A DNA stretch of 64,000 nucleotides from Archaeoglobaceae archaeon (GCA_015523335.1 WAKM01000012.1:1714-65713); one strand, 5' to 3'. Positions 1 through 9,731 are shown, counted from the first letter of the stretch. Notes: generated by a model from the sequence alone, not told the origin. Numbers and translations: made by a program.

Positions 1-1
1 T

Positions 2-607
2 TGGTATGCGGTATGCATCCCCTTTTGGATGTTGGGAGTCAGAGAGATAAGAAGCAGAACCAAGGAAGATCCTAAATACCTACCGACCTTAGCGATGATC
101 GGAGCAGCGGTTTTCGTGATATCGGTTTGGCACATACCGGTTCCGGTAACGGGATCCTGCTCGCACCCCGTTGGAACACCTATGGCGGCGATAATTGTAG
201 GGCCTTTCGCAACGGTAGTGATATCGAGCATAGCACTGTTCTTCCAAGCATTTTTGGGGCACGGAGGAATAACGACGTTGGGAGCCAATACCTTCTCGAT
301 GGGTATCGTCGGAACATTTACGGGATATGCGACATACGTCCTTCTAAAGAACAGAGCACCCGTATGGCTTTCAGCCGGACTGGCTGGATTCGTGGGAGAT
401 ATGATGACCTACGTAACTTCAGCATTGGAGTTGGCTTTGGGACTTAATCCGCACTCCGTAATTTACCACTGGTGGCTCTACTTCTTGGGATACGGACCGA
501 CGCAGATACCTCTGGCTTTGGCTGAATTCGCCTTCACAGCCGGAGTCGTGAGCTATATTGCGGTAAACAGACCGGAACTTCTGAAGGTGGGTGTTGCACA
601 TGGATAG
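2..607 (+). CDS. cbiM: Cobalt ECF transporter substrate component CbiM (5' end outside window)
   Basis: The reading frame is open from the window edge, so the N-terminus is missing. Polytopic membrane protein with a CbiM-like core (HIPVPVTGSCSHPVGTPMAAIIVGP). Directly followed by cbiN, cbiQ and cbiO. Confidence 0.85.
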   Translation, partial: WYAVCIPFWMLGVREIRSRTKEDPKYLPTLAMIGAAVFVISVWHIPVPVTGSCSHPVGTPMAAIIVGPFATVVISSIALFFQAFLGHGGITTLGANTFSMGIVGTFTGYATYVLLKNRAPVWLSAGLAGFVGDMMTYVTSALELALGLNPHSVIYHWWLYFLGYGPTQIPLALAEFAFTAGVVSYIAVNRPELLKVGVAHG

Positions 608-878
608 GTTTACGGTGTATTCGATAGCCCTGCTCGTTTTGATCTCCTCAGCCATAATCGTCGCCAGCTACATAGGACATAAGAAAGGCGCGCTTGAAGG
701 AACTGACGACATAGTGGAGGACTTGGCGACATCTACAACGCATGTTCAGGCTAAGGAGATAGTCCCAGCGATTCCGGAAAAATTGGAACCTATTGGATTC
801 ACCTTAGCCGGCGTTTTTGGAGGTCTGCTTGTCGGATACTTCTGGGAAGACGTGTTCGGGGAGGGTGGAAGGGAATGA
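600..878 (+). CDS. cbiN: Cobalt transport protein CbiN
   Basis: ~92-aa TM-loop-TM protein immediately after cbiM. The ORF opens at GTG 591; ATG 600 has GGTGG ~10 nt upstream. Overlaps the cbiM stop (605-607). Confidence 0.8.
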   Translation: MDRFTVYSIALLVLISSAIIVASYIGHKKGALEGTDDIVEDLATSTTHVQAKEIVPAIPEKLEPIGFTLAGVFGGLLVGYFWEDVFGEGGRE

Positions 879-966
879 TAGACTGGCTCAGCGGTGATGC
901 TGTAAACGGATTGGGAACGACCATAGGCTTCTTCTTAGCTTTGATAGTGGGGAGGTATTTGAGGAA

Positions 967-1704
967 ATGGAAATATTCAGCGTAGCAACTAAAGAGAACG
1001 GATTGCAGAAGATTGACGGAAGAGTTAAGCTTATTTCAACGATAGCTTTACTGCTCGCAATAGTTTCGATGATAGAGCCGTATATACCTCTCATACTTTT
1101 TTTAATCAACCTTTCACTACTAATTGCTATAGGTGTTCCGATCAGAAAACTCCTTTACCCTCTATACGTATCCGTCGTTATCTTCATCGTATTGGCATTC
1201 ACGACACCGGGAAAATCTGTAGGCGTATTCACGGTTACAAGGGAAGGCTTGAAGCTCGCATTTCTCGTAATGGTTAAGGTCTTGGCTTGCACGAGCACTC
1301 TGTTATTGCTAATAGCGACAACGCCTATTCATGAAATGATCACAGCTTTGTGCTGGATCAGACTACCCAAAGTCGTCGTAGACCTGACGGTTCTAATGAT
1401 GAGATACGTTGATACGCTTGCGGAGGAACTTCAAACACTAACTTATGCGTTAAAAATGAAGAACGCCTTTTCAAAATTCGTAAGCTGGAAAAAGAAGGTT
1501 TACAACATGGGTATTGCCAGCGGAGCTCTCATAATCAAATCCATAGACAGGGCAAGCAGGGTTTACATGGCTATGGTTCTCAGGGGTTACGGAAGTTCCG
1601 GCATGATCAAACCCGAAAGGATTGAGCTTAAGAATTCGTTGATGATGCTTATTTCCGTAGCTTTTGGAATGGCTCTCATCTTCCTCGACAGGGTGATAGC
1701 ATGA
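967..1704 (+). CDS. cbiQ: ECF transporter transmembrane (T) component CbiQ
   Basis: 245-aa polytopic protein with a typical CbiQ N-terminus (LQKIDGRVKL). GGGGAGG lies ~10 nt upstream of the ATG. ATGA overlap with the cbiO start. Confidence 0.85.
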   Translation: MEIFSVATKENGLQKIDGRVKLISTIALLLAIVSMIEPYIPLILFLINLSLLIAIGVPIRKLLYPLYVSVVIFIVLAFTTPGKSVGVFTVTREGLKLAFLVMVKVLACTSTLLLLIATTPIHEMITALCWIRLPKVVVDLTVLMMRYVDTLAEELQTLTYALKMKNAFSKFVSWKKKVYNMGIASGALIIKSIDRASRVYMAMVLRGYGSSGMIKPERIELKNSLMMLISVAFGMALIFLDRVIA

Positions 1705-2642
1705 TCGAAGTTAGCAATTTAACTTTCGAGTATCCCGACGGAACCTTGGCACTATCAAACGTTACCTTTAACGTGAAAAAGTGCGAAAAAGTGGCGATTT
1801 TGGGTGAAAACGGTAGCGGTAAGACGACGCTGTTCCTCTGCATGGTCGGACTGCTTCGCCCGCGGAGTGGAAGGGTGTTGATAAAAGGAATTGAGGTAAA
1901 CAGAAAAAACGAGGATAAGATCAGAAGGATCGTCGGCTTGGTCTTTCAAAATCCGGACGATCAGGTATTTCTGCCGAAGGTTTACGATGACGTGGCTTTC
2001 GGTCTAAGAAACATGGGTTTCGGTGAGGATGAGGTAAGAAAAAGGGTCATGCAAACTCTCAGGGTTTTGGGGATAGAGGATCTTGCGAACAAAAGCACGA
2101 GCAACCTGAGCTTAGGTCAGAAAAAGAGAGTTGCGATAGCGGGCGTTTTGGCAATGGATCCGGATGTTATATTAATAGATGAACCGACTGCCGGATTGGA
2201 TCATAAAGGGATACTCGAGATATACAACATACTCGAAGAGTTAAACGAGAACGGAAAGACCATAGTCATATCGACCCACGATGTGGAGTTCGTCGAGAGT
2301 TGGGCGGACAAGATAGTGATGCTTCACCGCGGCAGATGCGTTAGAGTCGGTGACAGAAGCTTGCTCGACGAGCTTGAAAGTTTCGGTATGAGGAAGCCGA
2401 TAAAGAGAACGATCATGTCCTTAGTCGATTTCGAATTATCGAATGCTGTCGTTGAAATAAGCAGAGACGGCCACTTCGGTTACGGCGTTGACGATGTAAT
2501 ACCCGAAATCGATATCGATCTAATACTTCTGAGGGGTCTGCACAAGCCGGTTAAAGTAAAGGTTTCCGAGAGACTTTACAACAGATTTCTGAGAATTTTG
2601 AGGGAAAGAGGTGCAGAGGTGGTAAAGAATGAAGGCGACTAA
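1701..2642 (+). CDS. cbiO: ECF transporter ATPase CbiO (with ~70-aa C-terminal extension)
   Basis: Walker A GENGSGKTT, signature LSLGQKKR and Walker B ILIDEPTAGLD. Position after cbiQ. Confidence 0.9.
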   Translation: MIEVSNLTFEYPDGTLALSNVTFNVKKCEKVAILGENGSGKTTLFLCMVGLLRPRSGRVLIKGIEVNRKNEDKIRRIVGLVFQNPDDQVFLPKVYDDVAFGLRNMGFGEDEVRKRVMQTLRVLGIEDLANKSTSNLSLGQKKRVAIAGVLAMDPDVILIDEPTAGLDHKGILEIYNILEELNENGKTIVISTHDVEFVESWADKIVMLHRGRCVRVGDRSLLDELESFGMRKPIKRTIMSLVDFELSNAVVEISRDGHFGYGVDDVIPEIDIDLILLRGLHKPVKVKVSERLYNRFLRILRERGAEVVKNEGD

Positions 2643-3114
2643 GGAGGAGATAATAGGAATTCTTTTTTCAAAGCTTAAACCGAGCATCGACGACGTGTTC
2701 GTCGATATAGGATGCGGCTCGTGCAGGGTTTCCAACTTCTTCGCGGATTACGTTAGAACCGTTTACGCGGTCGATATCGACGAATCCGTAATTGCAGAGG
2801 CTAAGGTTAAGCCGAACGTAAGGTTAATTCACGCTCACGGGCTGGAATTTCTGAGAAATTTCGATTACGACATCGTATTCTTCGGAGGGACTAAGGATAT
2901 CGAGGAGATGCTGAGAGTTGCAGGTGAAAAGGCGAGGAGATTAGCGGTCAACGCCGCGAGGATAGAGGTGGCATGCAACGTGATTAGGATCATGAAGGAG
3001 CTGAATATATTTAAGGAGGCGATCATAGTAAACGTTTCGAGAAGCTACGACTTAGCCGGATTTACAGCTTTTAAAAATTTAAATCCTGTATTTATAATAG
3101 TGGGTGGTAATTAA
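2629..3114 (+). CDS. cbiT: Cobalt-precorrin-6B C15-methyltransferase (decarboxylating) CbiT
   Basis: Small SAM methyltransferase with the VDIGCGSCRVS motif. N-terminal TKEEI and C-terminal NPVFIIVG are typical of CbiT. Lies in the cbi cluster. Confidence 0.8.
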   Translation: MKATKEEIIGILFSKLKPSIDDVFVDIGCGSCRVSNFFADYVRTVYAVDIDESVIAEAKVKPNVRLIHAHGLEFLRNFDYDIVFFGGTKDIEEMLRVAGEKARRLAVNAARIEVACNVIRIMKELNIFKEAIIVNVSRSYDLAGFTAFKNLNPVFIIVGGN

Positions 3115-3713
3115 TGCTCTTCGGCGTAGGTTTGGGTCCAGGGGATCCCAAGCTTATAACCATTAAGGCTGTGGAAGTTCTTAAGGCTGTGGATGAGGTG
3201 ATAGTTCCGGGAAGACTTGCGGAATCCCTCGTTAAGCGAATAGTAAAACCCCGCGTTGTGGAGTTTCCGATGGGCAGGAGTAAAGAAATCACAATAAAGT
3301 TGGCGGAGGAGCTTGCGGATAGATGCGTTAAGGAGGACATAGCGTTCGCATGCTTGGGAGATCCGATGTTCTACTCCACCTTCCAGCACCTCGTCGAAGA
3401 GATTTCGAAGATAAATCCCGACATCGATGTGGAGATAATCCCCGGGATTCCGAGCTTTACGACCGTATTCTCAAGGATAAAGAGGTTCGTCGATACCCCG
3501 ATGCTCGTAACTACGCTTAAGGAAGATGACATCGGTTGCGTTGTCGTCTTAAAGGCTACGAAACCTAAGGAGATATGCGAACACCTTAAAAGGATGGAAA
3601 TGAAGGACATATATCTGGCGGAGAGGATGTTTATGGATGGAGAGAAGATAGAAAAGATGGGCGAACCTCCGGAAAGATCGGATTACTTCACGATCATCGT
3701 CGGAATGAGGTGA
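3114..3713 (+). CDS. cbiL: Cobalt-factor II C20-methyltransferase CbiL
   Basis: Tetrapyrrole methylase fold with GVGLGPGDPKLIT and GDPMFYSTF motifs. Confidence 0.85.
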   Translation: MLFGVGLGPGDPKLITIKAVEVLKAVDEVIVPGRLAESLVKRIVKPRVVEFPMGRSKEITIKLAEELADRCVKEDIAFACLGDPMFYSTFQHLVEEISKINPDIDVEIIPGIPSFTTVFSRIKRFVDTPMLVTTLKEDDIGCVVVLKATKPKEICEHLKRMEMKDIYLAERMFMDGEKIEKMGEPPERSDYFTIIVGMR

Positions 3714-3714
3714 T

Positions 3715-4422
3715 ATGAAGGTCTACTTCATAGGCTTCGGTCCCGGAGATATGGAATTGCTGACAATCAAAGCCTATAAGATACTCAAGCGAGCCGATCT
3801 CATAATCTACCCCGGTTCCATTATAGATGAAGGATTTCTGAAGGAGTTCGGCGGGAAGAAGGTCAACAGCTACGGAATGAAGCTCGAGGAGATAATAGAA
3901 CTGATTGAAAGTAACGTTAAAGCGGGAAAAATCGTTGCTAGGATTGTAAGCGGGGATCCTTCGATATTCTCAGCCTTAAACGAACAGATAGTCGAGCTCG
4001 AAAAGAGGGGAATAGAATGCGAGGTGATTCCCGGAGTTAGTAGCGTCTTTTCGGCTTCCGCAGTCCTAAAGACGGAGCTTACCATTCCTTCCGTCTCCCA
4101 TGCGGTTGCAATACTTAGACCAGCGGGAAGAACGCTGGATAAGGATTACTTGGAGGAATTCGCGAAGATTCCGTGCACGCTTGTCATCTTGCTCGGAGTT
4201 GACAAGATCGAAGAGATAGCGGAGAGAGTAGGCAGGATAAGAGGCTTGGATGAACCGATTGCAGTAGTTTACCACGCATCGAGGGATGATGAGATCGTTA
4301 TAAGGGGAACTCTCAGAGATATAGCGGAGAAGGTTAAGAGGGCTGGAATAAGAAGAACCGCCGTTATAATAATCGGTAGGGTTTTGGAAAGAAGGGGAAG
4401 GAGGTCTGTCCTATACGCATAG
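3715..4422 (+). CDS. cbiF: Cobalt-precorrin-4 C11-methyltransferase CbiF
   Basis: Tetrapyrrole methylase with FIGFGPGDMELLT, SGDPSIFSAL and IPGVSS motifs. Confidence 0.85.
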   Translation: MKVYFIGFGPGDMELLTIKAYKILKRADLIIYPGSIIDEGFLKEFGGKKVNSYGMKLEEIIELIESNVKAGKIVARIVSGDPSIFSALNEQIVELEKRGIECEVIPGVSSVFSASAVLKTELTIPSVSHAVAILRPAGRTLDKDYLEEFAKIPCTLVILLGVDKIEEIAERVGRIRGLDEPIAVVYHASRDDEIVIRGTLRDIAEKVKRAGIRRTAVIIIGRVLERRGRRSVLYA

Positions 4423-4427
4423 CGGTA

Positions 4428-5108
4428 TTGGGGTTTGAAAAAGATCGTGAAAAACTTAAGAAGATTGCAGAGTTTCTTAACGCAGATATTGTGATCTATC
4501 GTCCAGGGATATTCGGCGAACTAATGAGCAAATTCGACTGCATAGTTGCCTATATGCCCACCGGCATAGTTGTAAGATCGATCTGTCCTTATTTAAGGAG
4601 CAAGTGGGTGGATCCGGCTGTAGTCGTTTTGGATAAACCCATGAGGTTTGCAATTTCATTAATCGGAGCGCATCACGGAGCAAATGCCATCGCCGAAAGG
4701 TTAAGAGCTTTGGGGATAACGCCAGTTATAACGACTTCGGCAGAGTTTTCGGATGGTCTATGCATAGGAATTGGTTGCAGGAGGGGAATAGGTTCGTATG
4801 AAATATTGAAAGCCATCAATTCGGCTTTAGATGAAATAGAAGCGGATCTGGATGACGTGAGACTGATCGCAACCGTAGAATTTAAGAGGAACGAGAAGGG
4901 ATTGATAGAAGCCGTTGATATGATTAAGAAGCCTCTAATGTTCGTTCCGGTTAGGGAGATAAATAGGATGGATGTTAAGGAGACGAGAGCGGTTATGGTA
5001 GGTGTAAAGAACGTTGCAGAAGCTTGTGCTTTATTTTATTCCAAAAAGAAGGAGTTAATTTTGCCTAAGAGGGTTTACGGAGGTGTAACGATTGCGATCG
5101 CGAGGTAG
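4428..5108 (+). CDS. cbiG: Cobalt-precorrin-5A hydrolase CbiG
   Basis: TTG start 5 nt after the cbiF stop. CbiG-like motifs GIVVRSICPYL, DPAVVVLD, GAHHGANAIA and PVITTS. Confidence 0.75.
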   Translation: MGFEKDREKLKKIAEFLNADIVIYRPGIFGELMSKFDCIVAYMPTGIVVRSICPYLRSKWVDPAVVVLDKPMRFAISLIGAHHGANAIAERLRALGITPVITTSAEFSDGLCIGIGCRRGIGSYEILKAINSALDEIEADLDDVRLIATVEFKRNEKGLIEAVDMIKKPLMFVPVREINRMDVKETRAVMVGVKNVAEACALFYSKKKELILPKRVYGGVTIAIAR

Positions 5109-5841
5109 GCTCTATGTTGTTGGCATCGGACCGGGAAATTTGGAACTGCTGACGCTTAGGGCTAAGAGGGTTTTGGAGGAGTCGGAATTCGTTTTGGGTC
5201 ATAAGACGTACATCGATAGAATTCGAAGCATAGTTAAAGGAAAGATCATCGAAAGCGGAATGGGAGAGGAAGTTGAAAGGGTTAAAAAAGCTGTTAAGCT
5301 CGCCGAATCGCACATCGTCAGCCTCGTTAGCGGGGGAGATCCTTCCATATACGGCATGGCTTCGCTCGTAGCCGAATACGTTTATTCTTTAGGATTAAAC
5401 GTAGATTTTGAAGTCGTTCCCGGCGTTACAGCTCTGTGTTCGGCTTCCCCGCTTTTGGGATGTGCTGTAAGCGGTGATCACGCGGTTGTAAGCTTAAGCG
5501 ATCTGCTCACACCTTGGGAGGTCGTAGAGAAGAGACTTAGAAAAGCTCTGGAGGGGGATTTCGTCGTGGTGATATACAATCCGTCGAGCAGGAGGAGGGT
5601 TAACAAGCTTTTGAAGGCTATGGAGATCGTGCTTGAAGTTAGGGGTAACGTTCCGATCGGAGTCGTGAAGAATGCGAGCAGAAGTGGAGAGGAGATATTC
5701 ATCACTTATCCTAGGTATATAATAGAAAATCCGGATAAAATAGATATGCACACGATTTTGTTCGTCTCGAATTCCGAAACTGTAATTTTGGATGGGAAGA
5801 TGATTACGCCAAGGGGTTATTCGAGAAGATACAGGTGGTAG
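5092..5841 (+). CDS. cbiH: Cobalt-precorrin-3B C17-methyltransferase CbiH
   Basis: Tetrapyrrole methylase with VVGIGPGNLELLT and SGGDPSIYGMASL motifs. TTG start overlaps the cbiG end. Confidence 0.85.
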   Translation: MRSRGRLYVVGIGPGNLELLTLRAKRVLEESEFVLGHKTYIDRIRSIVKGKIIESGMGEEVERVKKAVKLAESHIVSLVSGGDPSIYGMASLVAEYVYSLGLNVDFEVVPGVTALCSASPLLGCAVSGDHAVVSLSDLLTPWEVVEKRLRKALEGDFVVVIYNPSSRRRVNKLLKAMEIVLEVRGNVPIGVVKNASRSGEEIFITYPRYIIENPDKIDMHTILFVSNSETVILDGKMITPRGYSRRYRW

Positions 5842-5842
5842 A

Positions 5843-6439
5843 ATGATGGGGGCTTATACGAACGATGCCAAAAGGATAGTTGAGGAGAGCTACAGAATAG
5901 TCGAGAGGTTCGTTAAAGGAAATACGCCGGAAGATTTCGTGTTGAAGAGATGCATAATCGCAACGGGAGACCCTTCGGTTAAGGACATAATAGTTTTCAA
6001 GAGAGATCCCGTTAAGGCTGGAATTAAAGCGATAAGGGATGGAAAAACCATAATCGCCGACGTTTCGATGGTTAAGGCTGGAATAAGAAGGGGTAATGTG
6101 GTGGTTGCGGTCGAGCATTCAAACGGTGCGAAAAAGCTTGGAATCACGAGAACCGCTATGGGTTTCTACAACCTAAGGGATAGAATCAGCGGGAGCGTTG
6201 TTGCGATAGGAAATGCCCCCTCAGCTGCTTTAGCTGTTTACGATTTATTTAAAAAAGGGTATAAGCCGGCATTAATCGTAGCCACTCCAGTAGGCTTTGT
6301 GAACGCTTCGGAATCCAAGGAGATGATAAGGAGCCTCGAAGTTCCGTCTATAACAACGATCGGCTCAAGGGGTGGAAGCACGCTGTGTGTTGCAATAATA
6401 AACAGCATAATAGACCTTGCCTATGAGAGATCCGATTGA
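5843..6439 (+). CDS. cbiC: Cobalt-precorrin-8 methylmutase CbiC
   Basis: ~200-aa CbiC/CobH pattern with IGNAPSAAL and ATPVGFV motifs. Confidence 0.85.
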   Translation: MMGAYTNDAKRIVEESYRIVERFVKGNTPEDFVLKRCIIATGDPSVKDIIVFKRDPVKAGIKAIRDGKTIIADVSMVKAGIRRGNVVVAVEHSNGAKKLGITRTAMGFYNLRDRISGSVVAIGNAPSAALAVYDLFKKGYKPALIVATPVGFVNASESKEMIRSLEVPSITTIGSRGGSTLCVAIINSIIDLAYERSD

Positions 6440-7331
6440 GCTTTTCGAGTATCCTAAGGAGTGGATAAGGATTAGGGGTAGAATTGAAGGAAAGAAAGAT
6501 GTAGCTGAGAAGATTAGAAGCGGGCTTTACATTTTAACGCCCGAGGGATGGCTTAGAAGGGGAATCACAACCGCAACGACGGCAAGTGCGGCTATATGCG
6601 GAGCTGTAGCATCTCTCTACGAAGATGTAAGCGAAGTTGAGGTTAGCACACCCGTAGGCTTAAAAGTTAGGGTTAGGGTAAGAGCGAAGGATGGACTTTG
6701 CACGGCGAAGAAGTTTGCCGGGGATCACGATTTCGACGTCACTAACGGGATAGAAATAGTTGCAGAAGCTTCCGAGAGCGGAGGGGGTGTAGAGTTCGGT
6801 GAGGGGATAGGAGTTAAGAACGGAAAAAAAGCCGTTAGCGCTTCCGCAAGAAAGCAGATTGAAGAAAATTTCAAAAGATATGCGGAGCTCTACGGATTCA
6901 AAGGAAAAGTTGTGGTGAGCGTTCCCGAGGGAAGGAATGTCGCTAAGAAGACGAAGAATTCGAATTTGGGTGTTGTGAGTGGGATATCTCTGCTGGGATC
7001 AACAGGTTTCGTTGAACCGTGGTGCGAGAAACTTGTTAGGGTAAAATCGATGATAGCGAGCGGATACGATAAAGTGGTAATAACGACGGGCAGGAGTGGA
7101 TGGAGGTGGGCTTTAGAGAATTTAAAAGGTTATCAGCCGTTCGTTTTTGGATTATACTTGGATAAAGCCCTTAGATCCGTTAAAGGTGAGGTGATAATTG
7201 TCGGACTTCCCGCTCTCCTAAGAAAATGGGTCGGCGGAACAAACGGCGACTTAAGAAAGGCGGTTCTTAAAAAAGCTATGCGGATAAATGAGAACGTCTC
7301 GGATGTAATTCTGTTGGGTGAAAAGAAATGA
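6417..7331 (+). CDS. cbiD: Cobalt-precorrin-5B C1-methyltransferase CbiD
   Basis: RRGITTATTASAAICGA motif typical of CbiD. ~300 aa, like short archaeal CbiD. TTG 6417 or ATG 6423 are possible starts. Overlaps the cbiC end. Confidence 0.85.
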   Translation: MPMRDPIELFEYPKEWIRIRGRIEGKKDVAEKIRSGLYILTPEGWLRRGITTATTASAAICGAVASLYEDVSEVEVSTPVGLKVRVRVRAKDGLCTAKKFAGDHDFDVTNGIEIVAEASESGGGVEFGEGIGVKNGKKAVSASARKQIEENFKRYAELYGFKGKVVVSVPEGRNVAKKTKNSNLGVVSGISLLGSTGFVEPWCEKLVRVKSMIASGYDKVVITTGRSGWRWALENLKGYQPFVFGLYLDKALRSVKGEVIIVGLPALLRKWVGGTNGDLRKAVLKKAMRINENVSDVILLGEKK

Positions 7332-7885
7332 TTACGATCGTTGGCGTTGGTGCTGCTGAAGGATATCTAACTGAAAGGGCAATTAAAGAGATAGAGAGTG
7401 CCGAAGTTGTTTATGGCAGTAGAAGAGCCATAGAAATCGCTAAAAAATACGTCAAAGGGAAGGCTGTTGTTATCGCAAAGTTCAACGAGGAGATTTATAG
7501 AAAAATAGCGGAGGAGGGAAAGAAGAGGAAGGTTGTAGTCCTCTCCACTGGAGATCCAATGGTTTCTGGACTTGGAAAGAGGATAGAAGGTGAAGTTGAG
7601 CCGGGAATATCTTCTGTTCAGCTTGCTCTCGCAAGGCTTAAGATCGATTTGACTGAAGTTGTTGTTATAGACGGGCATGCGAGGGAGTGCTTGGATGAGG
7701 TTCTGAAGGCTTTTGAAATTGGTAGAGACGCCCTAATTTTGGCAGATTCTAAGTTCGATATTAAGAAATTGAGGGAATTTGCAAATGTCGTAGTTTTGGA
7801 GAATTTAGGATACGAAAACGAGAGAATATGTGAGAATTGCGAAATAAAATCAGATCTCGCCATTTTATTCGCCAAAAGGAGGTGA
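7328..7885 (+). CDS. cbiE: Cobalt-precorrin-7 C5-methyltransferase CbiE
   Basis: Tetrapyrrole methylase with [12 protein letters not shown] and STGDPMVSG motifs. ATGA overlap with cbiD. Confidence 0.8.
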   Translation: MITIVGVGAAEGYLTERAIKEIESAEVVYGSRRAIEIAKKYVKGKAVVIAKFNEEIYRKIAEEGKKRKVVVLSTGDPMVSGLGKRIEGEVEPGISSVQLALARLKIDLTEVVVIDGHARECLDEVLKAFEIGRDALILADSKFDIKKLREFANVVVLENLGYENERICENCEIKSDLAILFAKRR

Positions 7886-7889
7886 TTTC

Positions 7890-8276
7890 GTGAGGGGGCT
7901 GGTTATAGTCGGACACGGGAGTAAGTTGCCGTATTATAGGGAAGTTATGGAGTTGCATAAGGAGAGGATTGAGAAGACGGGATTGTTCGATGAGGTAAAG
8001 CTTGCCTTCGCGGCGCACAACAGGAAGCCGACGGTGGATGATGTCATAAGGGAAATGAAGTCAGATGTGATCTACGTTGTTCCGTTGTTCATTGCTTACG
8101 GAGTCCATACAACTGAGGAGATTCCAGAAGCTTTGGGTTTCGAAGGAAGGACAGGAGTTATAGAAGGTGAATTCGAAGGTAAGAAGGTAATACTGTGCGA
8201 ACCAATAGGTAAGGACATCTTTGTCACGTATGCAATTCTAAATGCTGTGTTCAGATTTGAAGCATGCCAGCGTTAA
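7890..8276 (+). CDS. cbiX: Sirohydrochlorin cobaltochelatase, small form (CbiX-S)
   Basis: 128 aa with [12 protein letters not shown] and a second His region (YGVHT). GTG start preceded by AGGAGGTGA. Confidence 0.8.
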   Translation: MRGLVIVGHGSKLPYYREVMELHKERIEKTGLFDEVKLAFAAHNRKPTVDDVIREMKSDVIYVVPLFIAYGVHTTEEIPEALGFEGRTGVIEGEFEGKKVILCEPIGKDIFVTYAILNAVFRFEACQR

Positions 8277-9676
8277 TGATAGCCGGAACATCAAGTCACG
8301 TTGGCAAGAGCGTAATAGTTGCGGCTATATGCAAAATACTGAGCAAAATGGGATACAACGTCGCACCTTTCAAAGCCCAGAATATGAGTTTAAATTCGTT
8401 CGTAACGAAAGATGGTAAGGAGATTGCAATCGCCCAGGCTTTTCAGGCTAAAGCATGTGGAGTGGAACCAAACGAGCTTATGAATCCAATTTTGCTCAAG
8501 CCAAAGGGAAACAAGATTTCACAGCTTGTAGTGCTCGGTGAAGCTGTAAAAGATGTTTCAGCATTGGAATACTATAAAGAAGTCGGATGGTTGCGGAAAA
8601 TTGTAGAGGAAGCTTACAGAGAGCTTGAGAAGGAGTTCGACATAATAGTGATTGAGGGAGCTGGAGGACTTGCTGAAATAAACCTATATGATAGAGATCT
8701 AGCAAACATAGGGATTGCAAGGATCGCTAAGCCATCTATTTTTATCGTGGGGGATATTGACAGAGGAGGAGTTTTTGCCTCTCTTTACGGCACATACAAG
8801 CTTCTGCCAGAAGATGTCGCTTCGATGGTTAAAGGTTTTATAATAAACAAGTTTCGAGGCGACGTGAGTTTGCTGAAAAGCGGAATTGATATGTTAGAAG
8901 CTCTAACTGGTGTTAAGGTTTTCGGAGTAATTCCGTTCGTCGATCTAACGTTTACACCCGAAGACTCCCTAAGCTTGGAAGAGTGGAGCGATGAGAACGC
9001 CAGAATAGGCATAGTAAGATTTCCGAGGATTTCGAATTTGACCGACTTCGAACACCTAAAGCCTGCAGGGATTAGGTTCGTTTGGAAGGGGGACGATCTA
9101 TCCGAGTTCGATGTAGTAATTCTACCGGGAACGAAGAACACGATTCTGGATTTGAAAGAGCTTAAGTCGGCTGGAATCGATGAGAAGATAAAAGGTGTAG
9201 CCGGGAAAATACCCGTAATAGGTATCTGCGGTGGCTATCAGATGTTGGGCAATAAGTTGATCGATAGGGGTGTGGAACACGGTTACATCAGAGCGAAGGG
9301 TTTGGGCTTGCTCGACGCCGTTACGGTTTTCGACGAGTTTAAGAAGAGAACTGTTCAGGTTATTAAAAAAGTCACCGGGGATGCAGTGATAATAGATAAG
9401 ATAAAAGGTCAGAGGGTTTGGGGTTACGAGATTCACAAGGGTAAGACCTTCGCAAGCAATCCGATTTTTGAAGACGAAGGATGTGCGAGCGAAGACGGAA
9501 TGACTTGGGGAACTTATCTGCACGGACTTTTCGGCAACGAAAACGTTTTAAGGGCTTTTGCGGGTTATTTGGGCGTTAAGATCGACAAAAGGGAGGAATG
9601 GATCGACGCATTCGCGGAGGTTTTTGAAAGGAGCGTGGATGTAAACGCAATCCTAAATCGAGCGTCTGCAGAGTAG
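8264..9676 (+). CDS. cobQ: Cobyric acid synthase CobQ/CbiP
   Basis: N-terminal dethiobiotin-synthase-like ATPase (GTSSHVGKS) plus a C-terminal GATase1 domain ([14 protein letters not shown]). 470 aa. Confidence 0.9.
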   Translation: MPALMIAGTSSHVGKSVIVAAICKILSKMGYNVAPFKAQNMSLNSFVTKDGKEIAIAQAFQAKACGVEPNELMNPILLKPKGNKISQLVVLGEAVKDVSALEYYKEVGWLRKIVEEAYRELEKEFDIIVIEGAGGLAEINLYDRDLANIGIARIAKPSIFIVGDIDRGGVFASLYGTYKLLPEDVASMVKGFIINKFRGDVSLLKSGIDMLEALTGVKVFGVIPFVDLTFTPEDSLSLEEWSDENARIGIVRFPRISNLTDFEHLKPAGIRFVWKGDDLSEFDVVILPGTKNTILDLKELKSAGIDEKIKGVAGKIPVIGICGGYQMLGNKLIDRGVEHGYIRAKGLGLLDAVTVFDEFKKRTVQVIKKVTGDAVIIDKIKGQRVWGYEIHKGKTFASNPIFEDEGCASEDGMTWGTYLHGLFGNENVLRAFAGYLGVKIDKREEWIDAFAEVFERSVDVNAILNRASAE

Positions 9677-9702
9677 CGCAGTTAAGGTTCGCCAAAAAGT
9701 TC

Positions 9703-9725
9703 AAAATATTTTAGGTTAAACCTAA
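9703..9725 (+). promoter_or_regulatory. TATA-like box (AAAATATTTT) plus a perfect 7-1-7 palindrome TTAGGTTAAACCTAA upstream of the HTH-CBS gene
   Basis: The TATA-like element is centred ~26 nt before ATG 9732. The palindrome (9711-9725) lies between the TATA box and the start codon. Confidence 0.4.
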
Positions 9726-9731
9726 CATACG

